Source: Phoronis australis
Lineage: Eukaryota; Animalia; Phoronida
Assembly (NCBI GenBank): GCA_002633005.1
Contig: NMRA01000711.1
Span: forward strand, 85,907 to 149,906
Direction: 5' to 3'
DNA: 64,000 nucleotides
Numbering within the stretch: position 1 is the first letter of the stretch; each line of letters opens with the position of its first letter. A program made the translations under genes and the position numbers. The notes beneath the pieces are model-generated. The model worked only from the letters and a program-made list of their open reading frames with translations. It searched no databases and was not told the DNA's origin. This document shows positions 1-14,400 of this stretch, piece after piece.

Positions 1-43
1 CACACACACACGCACGAACACACACACTCTCGCACACAAACAC
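1..43. repeat. Degenerate (CA)n microsatellite
   Basis: cacacacacacgcacgaacacacacactctcgcacacaaacac at the window start. Confidence 0.7.
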
Positions 44-2962
44 AGAACAACAACTGCAGTCTGCACTGATCAAATCTTGCACTCAGTGAAAGAGTCAGTT
101 GTATCTCTCAGTCTCAAGTCAATAACAGTCCCAAGTGATTTTCTCATAAGCAACAGTTCTGAGGGTTAACTAGCAAAGAACTCTACACCTTCAATGATGT
201 ACAGAGTCTAGACAACAGGAATGAAGGGTGAAAGACTATGAAATTGTTCTTCTGTATTGCCTACAGTGTCACCTAGGGTAGGCAAACTTTACCAAGCATG
301 CCAGTCACCCTCTGTCTGCCAAAGCTAACATGTGTTGAAGAGGTTCATAACAGTCACTGCTTCAGTCAGTCAAAAAATTACCTCACTGTAGAGTTCCCCC
401 TCGTAATAGGGTTGAACTAGAAAATCAGGGTCACAGAGTTTTAGTGTGAAGGACCTCAGGCTGTCAATTTTTTAATTCTTACAGCAAAGACTATATCAGA
501 ATTAAAATAGAATATACTGATATATGCATGCTATCTTCAACAAACTTTGTCCAATTTTGAGAAACTATTTGCAAAAACAGTTCCGCATAATCCAATGAGA
601 AACCCCTGGTCCGACACTTCAAACATTAAACAATAGACACAGAAGAATGTTTAATAAATCCCAGAGTGGGCTAATCTGTTGGGGATGTCACTATCACCAG
701 TTAACAGGTGATAAAGGTACAACAAATTACAGGTGTGACCCAGTAGTAACTATAATCTCAAATGCCAGTCTGTCTGGAACAAGTGTTTCTAGATGTCGCT
801 ATGGAGATAAATTCCAGTCTATCCACCCACAGGCCAGTTTACAGTTATGTTTCTTCAATTTACAACAAGAAAAAGATTGAATGTTACGAAAGTTTTTGCA
901 ACAGTTGACCTCAAGCAACTGGTTCCCGTAAAGTAGTCTTTACTCACAAGTCTGCATGCAGCTAAATGTCTGCTGTTGACTCAGCAAAAGTATGTAATCT
1001 GTAGGAAGCAGAAAACCTGCTGAATTAAATTTTTGACTGTATATCAATGACCATGTCTTTTTTGGTTAAGTCTTGTAAAAAAGAAAAGGACAATCATAGC
1101 AAACCAATAGCAATACCACCTAATTTTGTTTTAATGTTCAAGATGAAATCTCAAAAACGTTGTAACATTTTTCTACGTAAGCTCCAATTTCTCTACCATT
1201 TATGCAACTTTTTAATATTTTTCATCAAAATCTTTAAAATCCTGAGACAGCAACTCACGCAAAAGTAAAACAATCCATATGGTTCAGTATTTTGGAGAAC
1301 ATTGGTAAAGTTTCGTATGAATTCAATGAGCAATTTCTTAAGATACAATGTTCCACCTTCAGCCAAATTTGCACATCTTTCCACATATCCTACAGTGCCA
1401 TCATTTCAGCAAAAAAACAACAAACAAAAAAATTCCTTTTCAAAACTGAACACTTTTTACTGTAATTGCCCTTAAATATTCAAATCATTGATTTATGATC
1501 AGTTGACACAAAAGTTATCCATTTATCAAAACCAGGTTAATTATACAGTGCTTATCAATAGCTTTTAAAACAATGTGTTCAAGTGAGCAAGGCCCCATAG
1601 GCATGGAAAGGACACATTCTAAATTTTTATCCCGTTTCATATACAGCAAAACTATAGGCTAGTGCCATCATCACAACTCACTACATATCTTCCAGTGGCC
1701 ACCTAGGACCACCCAGGATGTAATTTAGTTTACACATTTCCATTTGCAGCTTTGAATAAAGTGTTAGAACTCCCTCTCCCCCTCCCACCCTCCCTCTCTC
1801 TCCCCCCTGCCTCTCGCTACCTCTCTCCTCGTCTCTCATCAAAGTCGCGGTGGGCCGTGGTAAACTCATTGGCTGAAATGACCAACTTTGATGGGAAACA
1901 TAATCGTTTACGATGCAAAAACTTGAGGTTGGAATTCAAAGTACCTGGAGATGAGTGTAATTAGCAACAAGATGAGCCTTCTCTTCATTTCACACGTAAC
2001 AGACTTGAAAAGATGCCTTGCTCATCAAGGTTACGGTAAAATCTTGTCAATTTCGGACAACAATTACTAAGATTGATACTTTTTTCATTCTGTTCATTTT
2101 GAATAAACGTTAGAAAATCCCGTAACTTTCCCTTAGGAGAAGTTCAGTGAAAGCATGCAAACCAATAAGTCTGGAACATTGAGACCAAGCAGTACTACCA
2201 TCCAAGTTATCACCAGGTGTCACTGTTATCATCAACAATAAAAGGTAGTGTCTTCGCTAATAGTTGCTTATGTTTTGCTCAAATAATCACCATTCGAATT
2301 GAAAATGAGTTTTATATCAATTAGCACACGTAAATGTTCCCAAATTGTCACATTAAAAAAATCTTAGAGTGCAGCGCTACTTCGCGATTACATCACCTAC
2401 CAATTACTTTGAGGTTCGTCACCTACCGAAGCCAATATGAACGGCTTAGTTAACTTCACAGTCTACATCGACGTTCTGCTCAGACCCGAGGTAAGTCAAT
2501 ACAAAAAGGCATTATGAGTGTGGGTCTAGCCTTGTCTACATATTCTCATTAGAGGTAAATGTCTTAGTAAATATGTCCTCATAAACAATTGTTGAAGGCC
2601 TCTGCAACTACTGGGATTAGGTAAGCCCATGTTGCTCCAACTATGGTTTTACTCTGGACTAAGTGTATAACACTGCACACCACTGTCTGTATAGTCTGGC
2701 CAAGCCTGTACACGTTGTACAATAATCACTGTGTGTACCATCGAGCTTCAAAGTCACCGCATCAACTAAATTAAAAGCAATAGACACAACTATCCAACAG
2801 TATACGACAAGAACAGAGAACCAAGATGAATCGGCTTTGAGAAGAAGCATAGCAACCAACCAAATGTGTCGTTTGTAATGAGCAGGGGGGAAAATGAGTT
2901 TAACATGGCTCAGTATCAGAATTAGTGACCCTGATACTCTGTGTTCATAGTGTGGACTGATA

Positions 2963-4138
2963 CAGGGCTCTTGGTCCTTCAAAACTGGGGCCGAATATCA
3001 GCCCCATTCCCCTCTCAAAAAATATTTTAAAATCACGCAACATTCCCCTCATCAGGTCAAAGAATTACCCTCTGAACAATAGAAAATACCCTCATGGTTT
3101 TAACTTCAGACAAGCATAAAATAACGTATTCAAATCCACTGTCCTTACTCACAAAGACACCACACCAGAAACGTCACAAGCTGGTTTCCTCATAAAGCAA
3201 GTGGCACATACAGCAGCAGCTTTGCATAATTTCACTTTCCTGTATTGAAAACACAAAATTAAAAGAAAACAAGTTTCCATACGTCAGCAGCTCAAAAACA
3301 AAGGTCTACAAGAGGGGACCTGTGAAAAAACATTCGAGGGGGATAGAAATATACAGAAATGTGTCCTTTCACAGATGAACTCGCTGTGCACCCCTTCTCT
3401 CAGAAGCAGTCTCAAGCAGACCACAGAGCACCTATCTCATGAGTCTCCACTGTGGTCAACAACACTGTCAGAACGCTTAAGCAAATTGCTCTCCTTGTCT
3501 ATTCTCCGACTCTAAGGTGAATGGACTGAGCGGTCAAATTTGAAGACATGTGACATTATGCACTGTTATCTGAATGATTAAAATATTGCTTAGCTAAAAT
3601 TCTGTATTATTGAGCCAGCAAAGTGTGTTCTATGGTACAACTACAAGATGGAGGTCTGTTCCTTAAAGATATTGTTTAACTCACTTAACGGTATCAATGG
3701 TGCTGGCATGTTTAAAGTAGAGTTTTGAAAATTGGATGTTTTTCATTGTTTTGTGCTTGTGCAACATGAACCATGGTCTTGGTGTTGATTTCATAAGCCA
3801 ATCAGGGTGACAACGGTAACACGTCGCATGTGCACGCAGAAGGTGTAGCTAGGCTGATGAATGAACGAGCTATGCGACAACAAGTCGTCTTCATTCGCTC
3901 TTATACAAATAAATGTGACATAGACTTAGGCCTACTTTTTATTGTTGAACTTAAAGTTGATTCTTGCTTATTTGTGAAAGCATGAGAGAATTGTCATAAA
4001 AAGCCATGTAGTAAAATAAACACCAAAAAATTGCCAAGTAAAAAATGATACGAAAATTCCCCTCATAGTAAAAAACGCTGTTAAAATTCCCTTTTTAGAA
4101 GGCACAGACACCTTTCCCCTCAGGTGAATGAGGCCCTG
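2963..4138. mobile_element. Non-autonomous hAT-like DNA transposon
   Basis: Termini CAGGGCTC...GAGGCCCTG. Subterminal ATTCCCCTC/ATTACCCTC motifs cluster at both ends (3007-3093 and 4057-4122). Flanks TGATA/TGTTG match only partly, so the TSD is decayed. No ORF. Confidence 0.5.
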
Positions 4139-5649
4139 TGTTGGTATATAAAGCCTAGGGATTTATACACTGAACTTATTCCAAATTAATTTAATTTCGA
4201 CAAATAACTTCATCAGGATATGCTGAAAAATAAACAATTGTCAATAAGTGTAATTAAAATATGGTATTTTTGACAAAATCAAAATGGATGAGTGACAACT
4301 CATAGCACAACAAAGTCCAACCTCACGACCAGAATGACAAGTGTTTGTGGAGATAACTACAAAACTTAAACGTAACATCACGTATTTCATGAATAACTGA
4401 AAAAAAAATTTCATTTTTCAAAAATATTGTGTCGTCAATACAACGAGCGAGGTTTTACCGCAAACGCTTTTGAGGCAATATTTAAATCAAAGCACATACG
4501 TGCCTCCACAATATAAAACTTGTACAGAATCAATGACTGTAATGTTCTAAGCAATATCATATATAATGCCTTCATCACAGATGACTTGGCTCTCATCACT
4601 CTATTTAATTCATTAGGAGGGTAATCTGATAGCTGTGACTTTGATAACAAAAAGCGTGTTGGAACAAGGAAAAATAACATCCTAAGTAAATAATGGAAAG
4701 ACATTTACTTAACCTATTGTAATAAAGAAAAATTCACAGGTAGAGGAATGTACAAAATGTCTAATTCATTGGTAAAGGGGGTAGGCCCACCTTCATCAGC
4801 CATGTACTGCTATTCAAAGTGCACCATGTAATTATGTTACATGTGAAAGGAGTCTTGTGAGAGCTGAATGAGAACCCACTAGGAATGCACAGAGAAAAAC
4901 TGGTCTCTGCTCCACTATTCATTTCTCCTAATACCAATACCAATAGCTTCATAATACAAACAGCATATCAACTGGAGCTGTGTTTCCACTTGAATGAACA
5001 CTCGTTGAAACCCATTGACATCACAGGGATGATACATGAATAGCCTAGTGTTCACCTAAAGATTTGAACACCCAACTGCTATTGAAGACTGCAAGCATCC
5101 AAATGGAGGTTCTTGAATAGTGGTGAACAACCAGAACTGAATGTCCAGGAGCATCACACGTCAGAGGTCAACAGTAGACTACAAACGGTGATCAACTAAT
5201 CCACGGCCAACAATGAAGTTCTTAGGCCCAATGTTGGACTTGGGGATGGCTATGCATGGACAGACTTAGACAGAGCGGAAAAGACACAATTCAAAAACAG
5301 TTTCAATGGTCAACAATTTCAGATAACAAGCAAGTACACGAAAAGCACAATTTTGATAAGTTGATTACGTTGTTGAATTCACCAACAGTGCCACACTGAG
5401 CAGCACTGTCACTAACCCAACTGTACTAGAACTGTAGGCGTGTTTCGCATTTCATGGCAGTTTCAATGTACAACCTCACAAATTACTCACAGAAATCAGA
5501 CACACGCTTAAAAAATGATAACAGGAAATTTTGCCCCTTCATTTATGAAAGGGCAATTTAAAAGGAATTTCGATTCATGAACTTTTTAACCCGGGTGGGC
5601 CTTGGCTTGGGCTCGGGAACAAGAGAAACGGAACAACATGGGGACTTAC

Positions 5650-5758
5650 CCAGAGCCAATCCACTATCTGAGCCATCTTCTTGGTCCCAAAACGCTCCCC
5701 ATGGATTCGTTAGCGCGTCACGTATGTGATTCTCGGAATCCGAGTGATTAGTATCCAT
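5650..5758 (-). CDS. Probable first coding exon of an unidentified gene continuing leftwards
   Basis: ATG at 5758 encodes MDTNHSDSENHIRDALTNPWGAFWDQEDGSDSGLAL, followed by a strong donor G|GTAAGT (phase 1). Locally CpG-rich. No homology recognised. Confidence 0.45.
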
Positions 5759-8700
5759 TTTAATGGGAAGCTCTGTCAGCTACACATTTTGATAACTTTC
5801 ACCAGCGGCCATCTTGTAAATGTATTGTTCACAAATCTCTCAAAACGAGGCGCGGGAGGTTGCCAACCGTGGCAACAGCTATTTAGAAACTTATAAAAGT
5901 AGGTCAAAGTCTTTAAATCTTCGTTGAATAAAGTACACTTTGCACAAAAAGATAGGGAATTGCAATGTGCTTCGATTACGTTCAACAAATATACTCCTTT
6001 TCTAAGATAGTTTAATTTAATTTCGTTTATTTCACAATCCCTTTTGGGGAGGAAAACGTATTTGCCAGGTATTTCATCGTGGCAAAACTAGGTGCTTGTA
6101 CCACCAAGTATCTACAGCCACCCGATGAAAGAAAATAAATTGATCTTGGATTTAGATAACAGTTAATAGCTTGTGTTCTCAATGAAAGTGTAAAAAATAA
6201 GACTAAGCTTGTACTTAAAACATAATCATATTTACCCGTGTTCCGAGTTGGCTACTTTTTACACCCCTGTCGACAAGGCAGCGGTCACCCCGCTAGAGCC
6301 GTCGGCCAACACCGTGACAACTCTTTGTCAGTTTTTTTCCAGACGAGCTTCAGTTCTAATTTGCTCATGTTTCCTTGTGAACTAATATATTGGACATTTT
6401 TAGTAGTAAATAAAAAGGAAGTTGACTTGAGTAGTAAATTATATTTCAACTGTCTAAAAAATTAGACAATCAAAAGCAGGTCTAACGAAGCCGAGCTGCC
6501 CGTGACTCAACTGTATAGTATAAAAACGTGATGCTTTGGGCAATTAAAGCTTCAGTGCGTAAGTGTAGATCTATAAGGTGTTTTGTTTTGTTTTGGTTTG
6601 TGTTGTTGCACCTACTTTTATCAAACAGTGTTCACGCGTGGATGTTTTGTGCTGAATTTGAATGAGACATTAATCATTGAGAGATGTATTGACCTTCAAC
6701 ATAAATGATTAAATTCCAGCTATTATGATTGTAAATACCAATAATATTGATCATTACGATCTTAAAATATTGCTACTATCTTAATTAATTTATAGCCTTA
6801 GGAGAAATGAAGACGTTATGAACCAAATATTCAAGTACAATTTTAGTAAAACACCAACACAGTGAGGGCGTGCCTGTGCCGGTGCGTGTGTATGCGCGTG
6901 TAAATACAAATTTTGTATTTCTGGATGATAAGGGGCCCTTGGCAGATGGGATGTCAAGATATAACTCTATCCCACCCCCATTCCTATCTCTGTCTCCCAC
7001 TCCCTCTCTCTCCCTCTCTCAGTATTGTTCAGATTGTGTCCGGACGCACACAGAAGTCTCGGTGAATTGTATTAGGGCCTTTTCCAACTACGATGTGCTA
7101 GTACCTGTTTCTGTACTAAAACCAGCAAAGTATTGTTCTGTGCTTCACTATCAATTGGATTTTTGTCATGAATGTGTCATGAGTAAATTAATTAATTTCT
7201 TGCAATTGTTCGATTGCAAAACCTAAACTTACTCATCCGGGGCAACTGTAGTGGTCCGGCAGCCTGTCTTCTCGAGTGAAGCCCGTTCTGCATGCACCCG
7301 ATTGGGAGCGCAGTTGAGAGAGCGTCAGCGGCAGCGTTGTAGCCAGCACAACTGATTACATGGCAGCATCACCATACGGATCGACAACAAATCTTATCAA
7401 AAAATTGACTTCAGCATAGGTTGCAACAGGCACAATTGTATTCTTCCTCAGTTAGTAATACCCATTAATTTTGCTTAAGAGGTACTTTGCATAAAAGTCG
7501 CACATTTCGAGGCTTCTGGAATACATCAAATGACATTCAAAGTCTCAACATTTTCTGGGGGGACGCCAGACTCCCCCATGGGAGGAAGTGCCCTCCCGCG
7601 CTTTTACCATGACCGACTCCGTCGGACCATTTGCCAAATCAACTTGAAAATGCTTCCGACGCCACTGTATTAGTTGCAGTTTGTAATTATGGCGAAGTAT
7701 CCAAATCCACATTTTCATGTTTCTCAGTGTTAAATGCTAATTGTTTACTCGAAAGAGGAAGGCAATGGATTCATATCCCTGCTAGGCAATAATAAAGTGG
7801 ATTTCAAATAATTTGTTAACACATTTATTGTGGCTTTTGCATTTGCGCAACCCGGGCAGACACCACAGATTAGAACTGGTGTTGACGAAGAGGGAGGACG
7901 AACGACGGTTTTATTAGAGTAGGAATGTCGTTATCCTCCTGTCAACGCTACACTCTACGCTGACACCAACCTCNNNNNNNNNNNNACAAATGCACAAATT
8001 ACATGATTTTTTTTCTTGTGGGGGAAAACATCAACGATTCGTAAATATGGAAGTCACTGTTAGAAGAATGAGCATTCTTGTCGCCGGGTGACAAGTCACC
8101 GTCATCGCCTTAAATAGCAAGATCGAAGATACGCTATCCGTTTCGTTTAGTTAAAAAAAACACTTCCAAAAGAATTTGATGCATTTCGCCCTATTTAACT
8201 GTCTAAACACTAAGGCTTTATTTCTCTAACCAAGAACATCGAAACCATCAGCGACTAAGAAAACGCTTCAGAATTAATTGATGATGGCCAGTCCTGAGAT
8301 TGCCGATTCGAAAATGGCGCATTTACGTGATGTGTACTTTTTGAACGAAGCGAGCAGCAAGAAAGTAGTCGGTGTTTCCTTTGAAGTCACAGACACTCTG
8401 TAATTATCGGAGTGCTTGGAAATATTCAGAGATAGATCTCAGTTGCCAAATGAGTCTGTCTCTGAAAGGAAATAAATCGCTGACCAGAGATTGAACAGTT
8501 TATATTGAAATTTCAAACGACAGTCAAACACAATGGACAAAATCGATCAATATTCAAATACAAGTATACCGTCAACAGACTATGAAGCATTTTAATGCTT
8601 AATGTTAAAACACGTCACTGGGACATAATCAGATTTACAATTAAGTGACGTGACAACAAAATTTTCAACACGGATGACGCTCAATAACGGTTTCCGCCAC

Positions 8701-9029
8701 TTCACAAAATTGTGGAATGCGGTGACAAATATCAAAATGAGTGCACTATTAACAAAAATATCTTTAATTACATTTATCGCTCTTGATGGTAATACATAGT
8801 CGATTACAAAACGAAACTTATTACACTAAAACGCGAATGTGGAAAGGCTCCGACAATACTTAGTTTCAGGTTTTAGATCTGATGTGTTAGGAATAGTTGT
8901 CTATTTTAAATTAAAATTTACGCAGCCAATAGCGACTAAATTTATATCATTCTCAACATTCGAATTTGGTTCAGAGAATGCTGTGACTAAACTCGCCCCT
9001 TGACGGTTACAGTTGCATTTTGCCTTGTT

Positions 9030-9344
9030 TAGCTGGCTAAAACGATAATCGCATTAGGCCCCTCACTCTCACAACATCAGAATCAAAATATTCCTTACCG
9101 TGATAGGATTCTAGTTCGGTTGTGAACAAGAAAGTCAACATGTAAACCATCAGTGACTCAAACAAAAAAACAAAAATGGCGCACGTACGAATTGCCTGTG
9201 ACATGTGTTGGCGACGAAAATAAAAGGCTATCACGGTAAGGAATATTTTGAGATCGACTTTATGAGAGTATTAGGTCTATTCTGATTTTTGCGAAATAAT
9301 GCTTTAAGTAAAATGTGGAGACAGAAAAATTAAGTTCCCAGCTA
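9030..9344. mobile_element. MITE-like foldback element
   Basis: Ends TAGCTGG...CCAGCTA. Perfect 24-bp internal inverted repeat TCAAAATATTCCTTACCGTGATAG at 9083-9106 and 9228-9251. Confidence 0.55.
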
Positions 9345-9638
9345 CACCGGATAAGAACAAGTGTTATGTACTACACCAAGATTTTTACAATGCTGCGTAG
9401 TCGACGGACGCGCGTGTACAGTCGCATAAATATTACGGCTTAGTCGCAAAAACGCATTTAAATGGATAAGCGACACTTTACGGCTAAAAAGATGAGAAGA
9501 TATATCACTGAATAGTTCCGGTTGAACGTGAGATTTAGTTTGGTTAACCTTCTTCTGATTGGTCACAGCAGACAGGTAGAACCAAGTGCTACTTACACTT
9601 GTAAGATGCGGTAGCAGGGTTAAAGGTTAAATAAGTTA

Positions 9639-10049
9639 CTAAGGAAGATGAATAGGAAGATTATTTGCAGTTGTTACAGTCTTGGGATAAAACACAAATT
9701 GTTCTTTTAATTTGGCGATGACGTCCTCTGCACATGCACAGTCGGCAAACAAGGTGGTGACGTCATTTGGAAGTATTGTTGAAATATTTTCTGTTGGTGA
9801 GGTACCATTTGGCGGTGGTTGAGTAGTGGGTACCTGAGTCGGTGGTGGTTGAGTTGTGGGTGCTTCAGTCGGTGGTGGTTGAGTTGTGGCTGCATGAGTC
9901 AGTGGTGGTTGAGTTGTGGGTGATTCAGTAGGTGGTCGTTCATTTGTGGGGGCTTCAGTAGGTGGTGGTTGAGTTGTGATTGTCTCAGTCTGTGGCGGTT
10001 TAGTTGTGGGTGCCTCAGTCGGTGGTGGTTGAGTTGTGGGTGCCTCAGT
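9639..10049 (-). CDS. C-terminal part of the chitin-binding mucin-like protein (TEAPTTQPPP repeats plus a Cys-containing tail)
   Basis: Same 30-bp repeat as 17684-17800, read up to the 17-N gap. Ends ...LFADCACAEDVIAKLKEQFVFYPKTVTTANNLPIHLP-stop. Confidence 0.8.
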   Translation of the reverse strand, partial: TEAPTTQPPPTEAPTTKPPQTETITTQPPPTEAPTNERPPTESPTTQPPLTHAATTQPPPTEAPTTQPPPTQVPTTQPPPNGTSPTENISTILPNDVTTLFADCACAEDVIAKLKEQFVFYPKTVTTANNLPIHLP

Positions 10050-11451
10050 NNNNNNNNNNNNNNNNNTAGTTTCACTTGTGACTCTTCCAGCGGAAGGAAT
10101 TCTACCAACAGAACAAAGAAGACGCTGGTTGCCAGACAAGCAAAGCAAGGAGTTAATGTCGAAACAATTGTTTTTTAAAATTGCAAAAAGGTAACCTGAC
10201 ATCAGTCTTTTTCTCTGGCTGCATTAAACTACATTTGTTTGGTGACGAAAACAAAACGATTATGGGTTTGACAGTTTGCTTCGCAGCACGGAGCCTTTTG
10301 TTAGAGTATACTTGTGAACATGCAGTCGAGATTCATAGAGTCATGAACTCGAACCAGTCAACAGTCTATCATCGCATCAAATTCTATTACCATTAATAAT
10401 TGACAACTTGCCTCCCCCATCCACATGGAAGTTTTTTAATATGAAATATTTCTGAAATTTTGATTTTAATAAAACCCCTGGATGGGCACCACAGGCTGAG
10501 TTTACCAACTTCAAATAAAAGACATGGAGTAACAGTGGCGGATTTAGAAGGATGCCAAAAGAGCCATGCCCACCTAAAATTCTACAAGATTCTATCGACA
10601 GTTCGGGGGTTCGAATGTCTGACTGGCAAAAACATGGTTATAACTCTGGGCTGGCCCCCAGTTCAAAATCCTGGATAAGCCCTTGGAGCACAATATCTCT
10701 TTTTACATAAACAGGTGACTTTGGTGATGAAGTCATAATTATTTCATAAGAAAGTGACATCGCGCTTTTATATAATGGAGCCTCGATTGAATTGGTGAAA
10801 CTATAGCATGATATCTAACAAACCAAAATTTGTTTTAACACTCAATTAGAAAATTCATATATTTCAAAGAAAGTTGCTCATCTCATTTGTTTCGGGGCGG
10901 ATGCATCCTTCTGCTGCATCTGCTGTGTTAACCGCTTCAGGTATTATGTAACATTGTTATTATCCATATCAATGGTAGTTTAGTTTGTCATAATCTATAT
11001 ATATACATATATATATACTAAGAGAACTATATAGATCCGGGGCATTTTTATATATGAGACCTTTACTGTGGGGTTGCAAAAAAATGTGGGGTATATATAA
11101 TGCCCCACAATTTCAGACCTATCAGAAACTGTTCTTTGGTACAGTGCCTCCATGTGTATTCTCTCAACAACTTGGTTTCATCACCACATCCTATATATAA
11201 CTCTGATCAGGCCCTCCCAAAAGATGTCACTGTTATTATGAGTGTCCTTCTCCAGACTGCCATATGTGACCTACATTGGTACAGTGTTATGTAATGCCCA
11301 TTAACTTAGTTGACCTTCCACTGTAACAAGACTCTGAGGTTTTGATTTTATATTAGTGTTGTAGAGTTGGAGTTGAACATCCGTTTCAGAGTTTGAGTTG
11401 AGACTGAAGTTTTACTTCATTTTATCTGAAACGAGTATGTTTGAGTAGAAA

Positions 11452-14400
11452 ATGGTACATTCAAGATCCGAGTCTATGGTAAGTCTTTCAAATTTCTTAA
11501 TATTTTGATTATTTAGGTTATTGCAAATTCGTGTATTAGACTGGCATAATCATGGCTAACATACATTTGGCAGGGTCCTAGAAACTATTTCTAATGCAGA
11601 AGATGCGGTCAAATACTCGCATATGTCCCTCCCTATTTCAAAATCTAACCACCCCTTTATTATGAGCTGAAGAATCTCTTTTACTATAAAAATTCCAGGG
11701 AGTTAGATTTCTTTGCTTTATATCGCTGAGAATAATTGAACTTCGTAAGATTTTCCAGATTCAATGCGATATGGTACCTTTTCTAAGAGAATTCCTTACA
11801 ATTAAATGGGTGCCCTTTCAGTAGCGATTTTCCTACGAAATTCTCCATTTTGTGGACTGGAACGCTACAAAAGGCCCTATAAGATGGAATCCCTGTATCA
11901 AATAAATAAGCAATAATTATGCATATAACAAATTTTAATAAGAAGCATTTACACTAAAGCATATCGTGAGGCATTGAATCAAATCACTTATAAAACTTTT
12001 ACAGTTTGGTCTGGTTCAATCCTAAATGTCAAGCGCAAACTTTTCCTTAAAAAATATTTTACACTTCAAACAAGCATGGAAAATTAGCGACCAAAGGTAT
12101 AGATATGCTGTGTTGTTTGCCCAGTTCTTTAAATGTGAGTATCTTCTTAATGTAGCATGAAACAGTACATGTTTTCACATTGATTCAATGTGAGGGATCT
12201 AGTATCAACCTTAGATTTGTTTCAACCCTTAAATGAAGCCTTTGAAATCAGTGACTGAAAACCAAATCTCAAACTAAAAATGGAAAATTCCATGGTAAAA
12301 TAATTTCCTGAAGTTATTTTATGTGAGTTGCCAAAATATACAGGTTCTCCAATCTTTACTAACTATGTGCCTATAATGTATTCACTAAACATATTTTCTG
12401 TTGTCATTAAAAGGACGGCACAAACACCAGACCAGACCATGTGAAAAAATACCTAAAACATCTTTGAATTCTCTTAGTGACTTTGACGTCTGCTTAAAAG
12501 ACTCAATAATTAAGGGATGGTTGGTCTAAAGGTTCCGTGGCTCGACTGGTCAATACTGAGTCCGAAGAAGTATGGGAAATTTTATCTTGTGTTACCAACT
12601 CGGTAGTTACCAAGAATAATTTGCAATATTAAACTAAGTGTTTGTAGCTTGTTCAGGTTTGTGTTCGTTGAGTGACCACAATTTCAAGAAAGAGAGCTTT
12701 GCCTGCTTTACAGAGCTTTACGGAATTTTGAAAGATGGAGAATATGATGTAAAATTATCTGAAATCCTGAAGACATTTATTTCTGTAGATTACGGAATAA
12801 TGTCAAAAAATATTAACTAGTTTTCTGTTCCGACTTTTCGGACTATAGACCCCATTGTTTTCGAATTATAGACCCCTTGGACTATAGACAGCATTTCATT
12901 TCTATTGATAATTTCGATTTTTTTTCAGATGAGAATGTTGTTGATCCATTCAGTTCAAGTTACAATGATACAGATGGAGGTAGAATTTGGTGTTTGTTTT
13001 CTCAGAGTAGGGAAACATGCAACTTCACATTGGTGAGTTAGGAAGGTGGTGTTAGTTTCAAATAAATAAAGTATGATGGGAAATTACATTTTAGCAGATT
13101 CTACAAATTTTCGCAAGGTTTCTGTAATTTCATTTTTTTAAACTCGTGAGTGATAGGTCATAATGGATCACTACTTTGATTTATTACTTTCATAAGGTAA
13201 CTACAGAGTCATTTTGATTCTTGTTCCGTTGGCATTCAGCCTGTTTTTCAGACTTAATCAACTAGCATTATAAAACATTGCACGTTTCGTTATTTGCAGC
13301 AGTTGGCTTCCTAACGTATTTATTGTTGCCTGTTGACTAGGTGAACCATTTAATGTAGCAGAACAACTTAAAAACTTTCAAACTCATGTTAATGGAAATT
13401 TAGAAGACAGCTTTAAATAAGCCAAACAAATGAATGCAAATGTAAAGGTGCTGGATGTATCACTGCATTTATAATTTGTTTCAGATGAAGAAGTGAGGGA
13501 GTGCCGTTTTCGTCACAAGGTGTTCAGTTCTGCTAAAACAACGAAGAATTTTCTCTGATAGATCGTCTGAAAGGTATTTCATGCAACCTTTTCAGCTATT
13601 GTTTCTTTATTGTTTTGTGATGTCTATACGAGATGTGCTGAGATGGGTTGGTCGATCCTGTATTCCGAACGACCTTTGATAGTCTCTAGTGCAAAGGAAC
13701 TTTAGTTCAAAAGATTGTTAGTCTGAAAGTGACATTGCATCAGAGCTTATAGAAGACTGCACATCTGAGCACAATTAAGAATCATTATGAATGCAAATGT
13801 TAAGGACTTTGTTTTGAAAATGCAGGGTTCTTTCGGTAATTTTTCTTGCCATCCTAGCCCTGTAACCTACCAATCGTGGTCATGGCAATATAGTTACCTT
13901 ACACTTTTTCATGCCTCGTAATCAGATTTATTTCAAAGTGTAATGCTCAGTGGACCAATTAGACCAATAGCTCTTCCGACTAAAGACACTTCAGAAAATC
14001 AAAAGGATGCCAAACCCACTTTTGACTTATTATAAGATACAAAAACGACTTTACTCTCCAGTTTTCTGGAACAAAATAATGGCCTGTAACATGGGCGGCG
14101 CACCATAGGGGGCTAGGGGGGGCCTATAGCCCCCACTTTTTTCAGTGCTCCGACGCCCTTGGTCTATGGACGGTGCACAACAGGGGGGCGGGGGCTATTA
14201 CCCCCCATTTTTTTCAGTGCTACGCTGCCCATGTGTAACTCTCGACTACTCTGAAAAGTTCGGAAAAATTTGAAACTATATTGAAAGTCTGCTAATAGGC
14301 TAAGCACGACCTACGCCTTGGAGAATTACACGGCAACTGTGGGTAAAGACAACCCACCAAGGACCAAAATGCGAGATAGGGGCATGAGTTCTTAGTTAAT

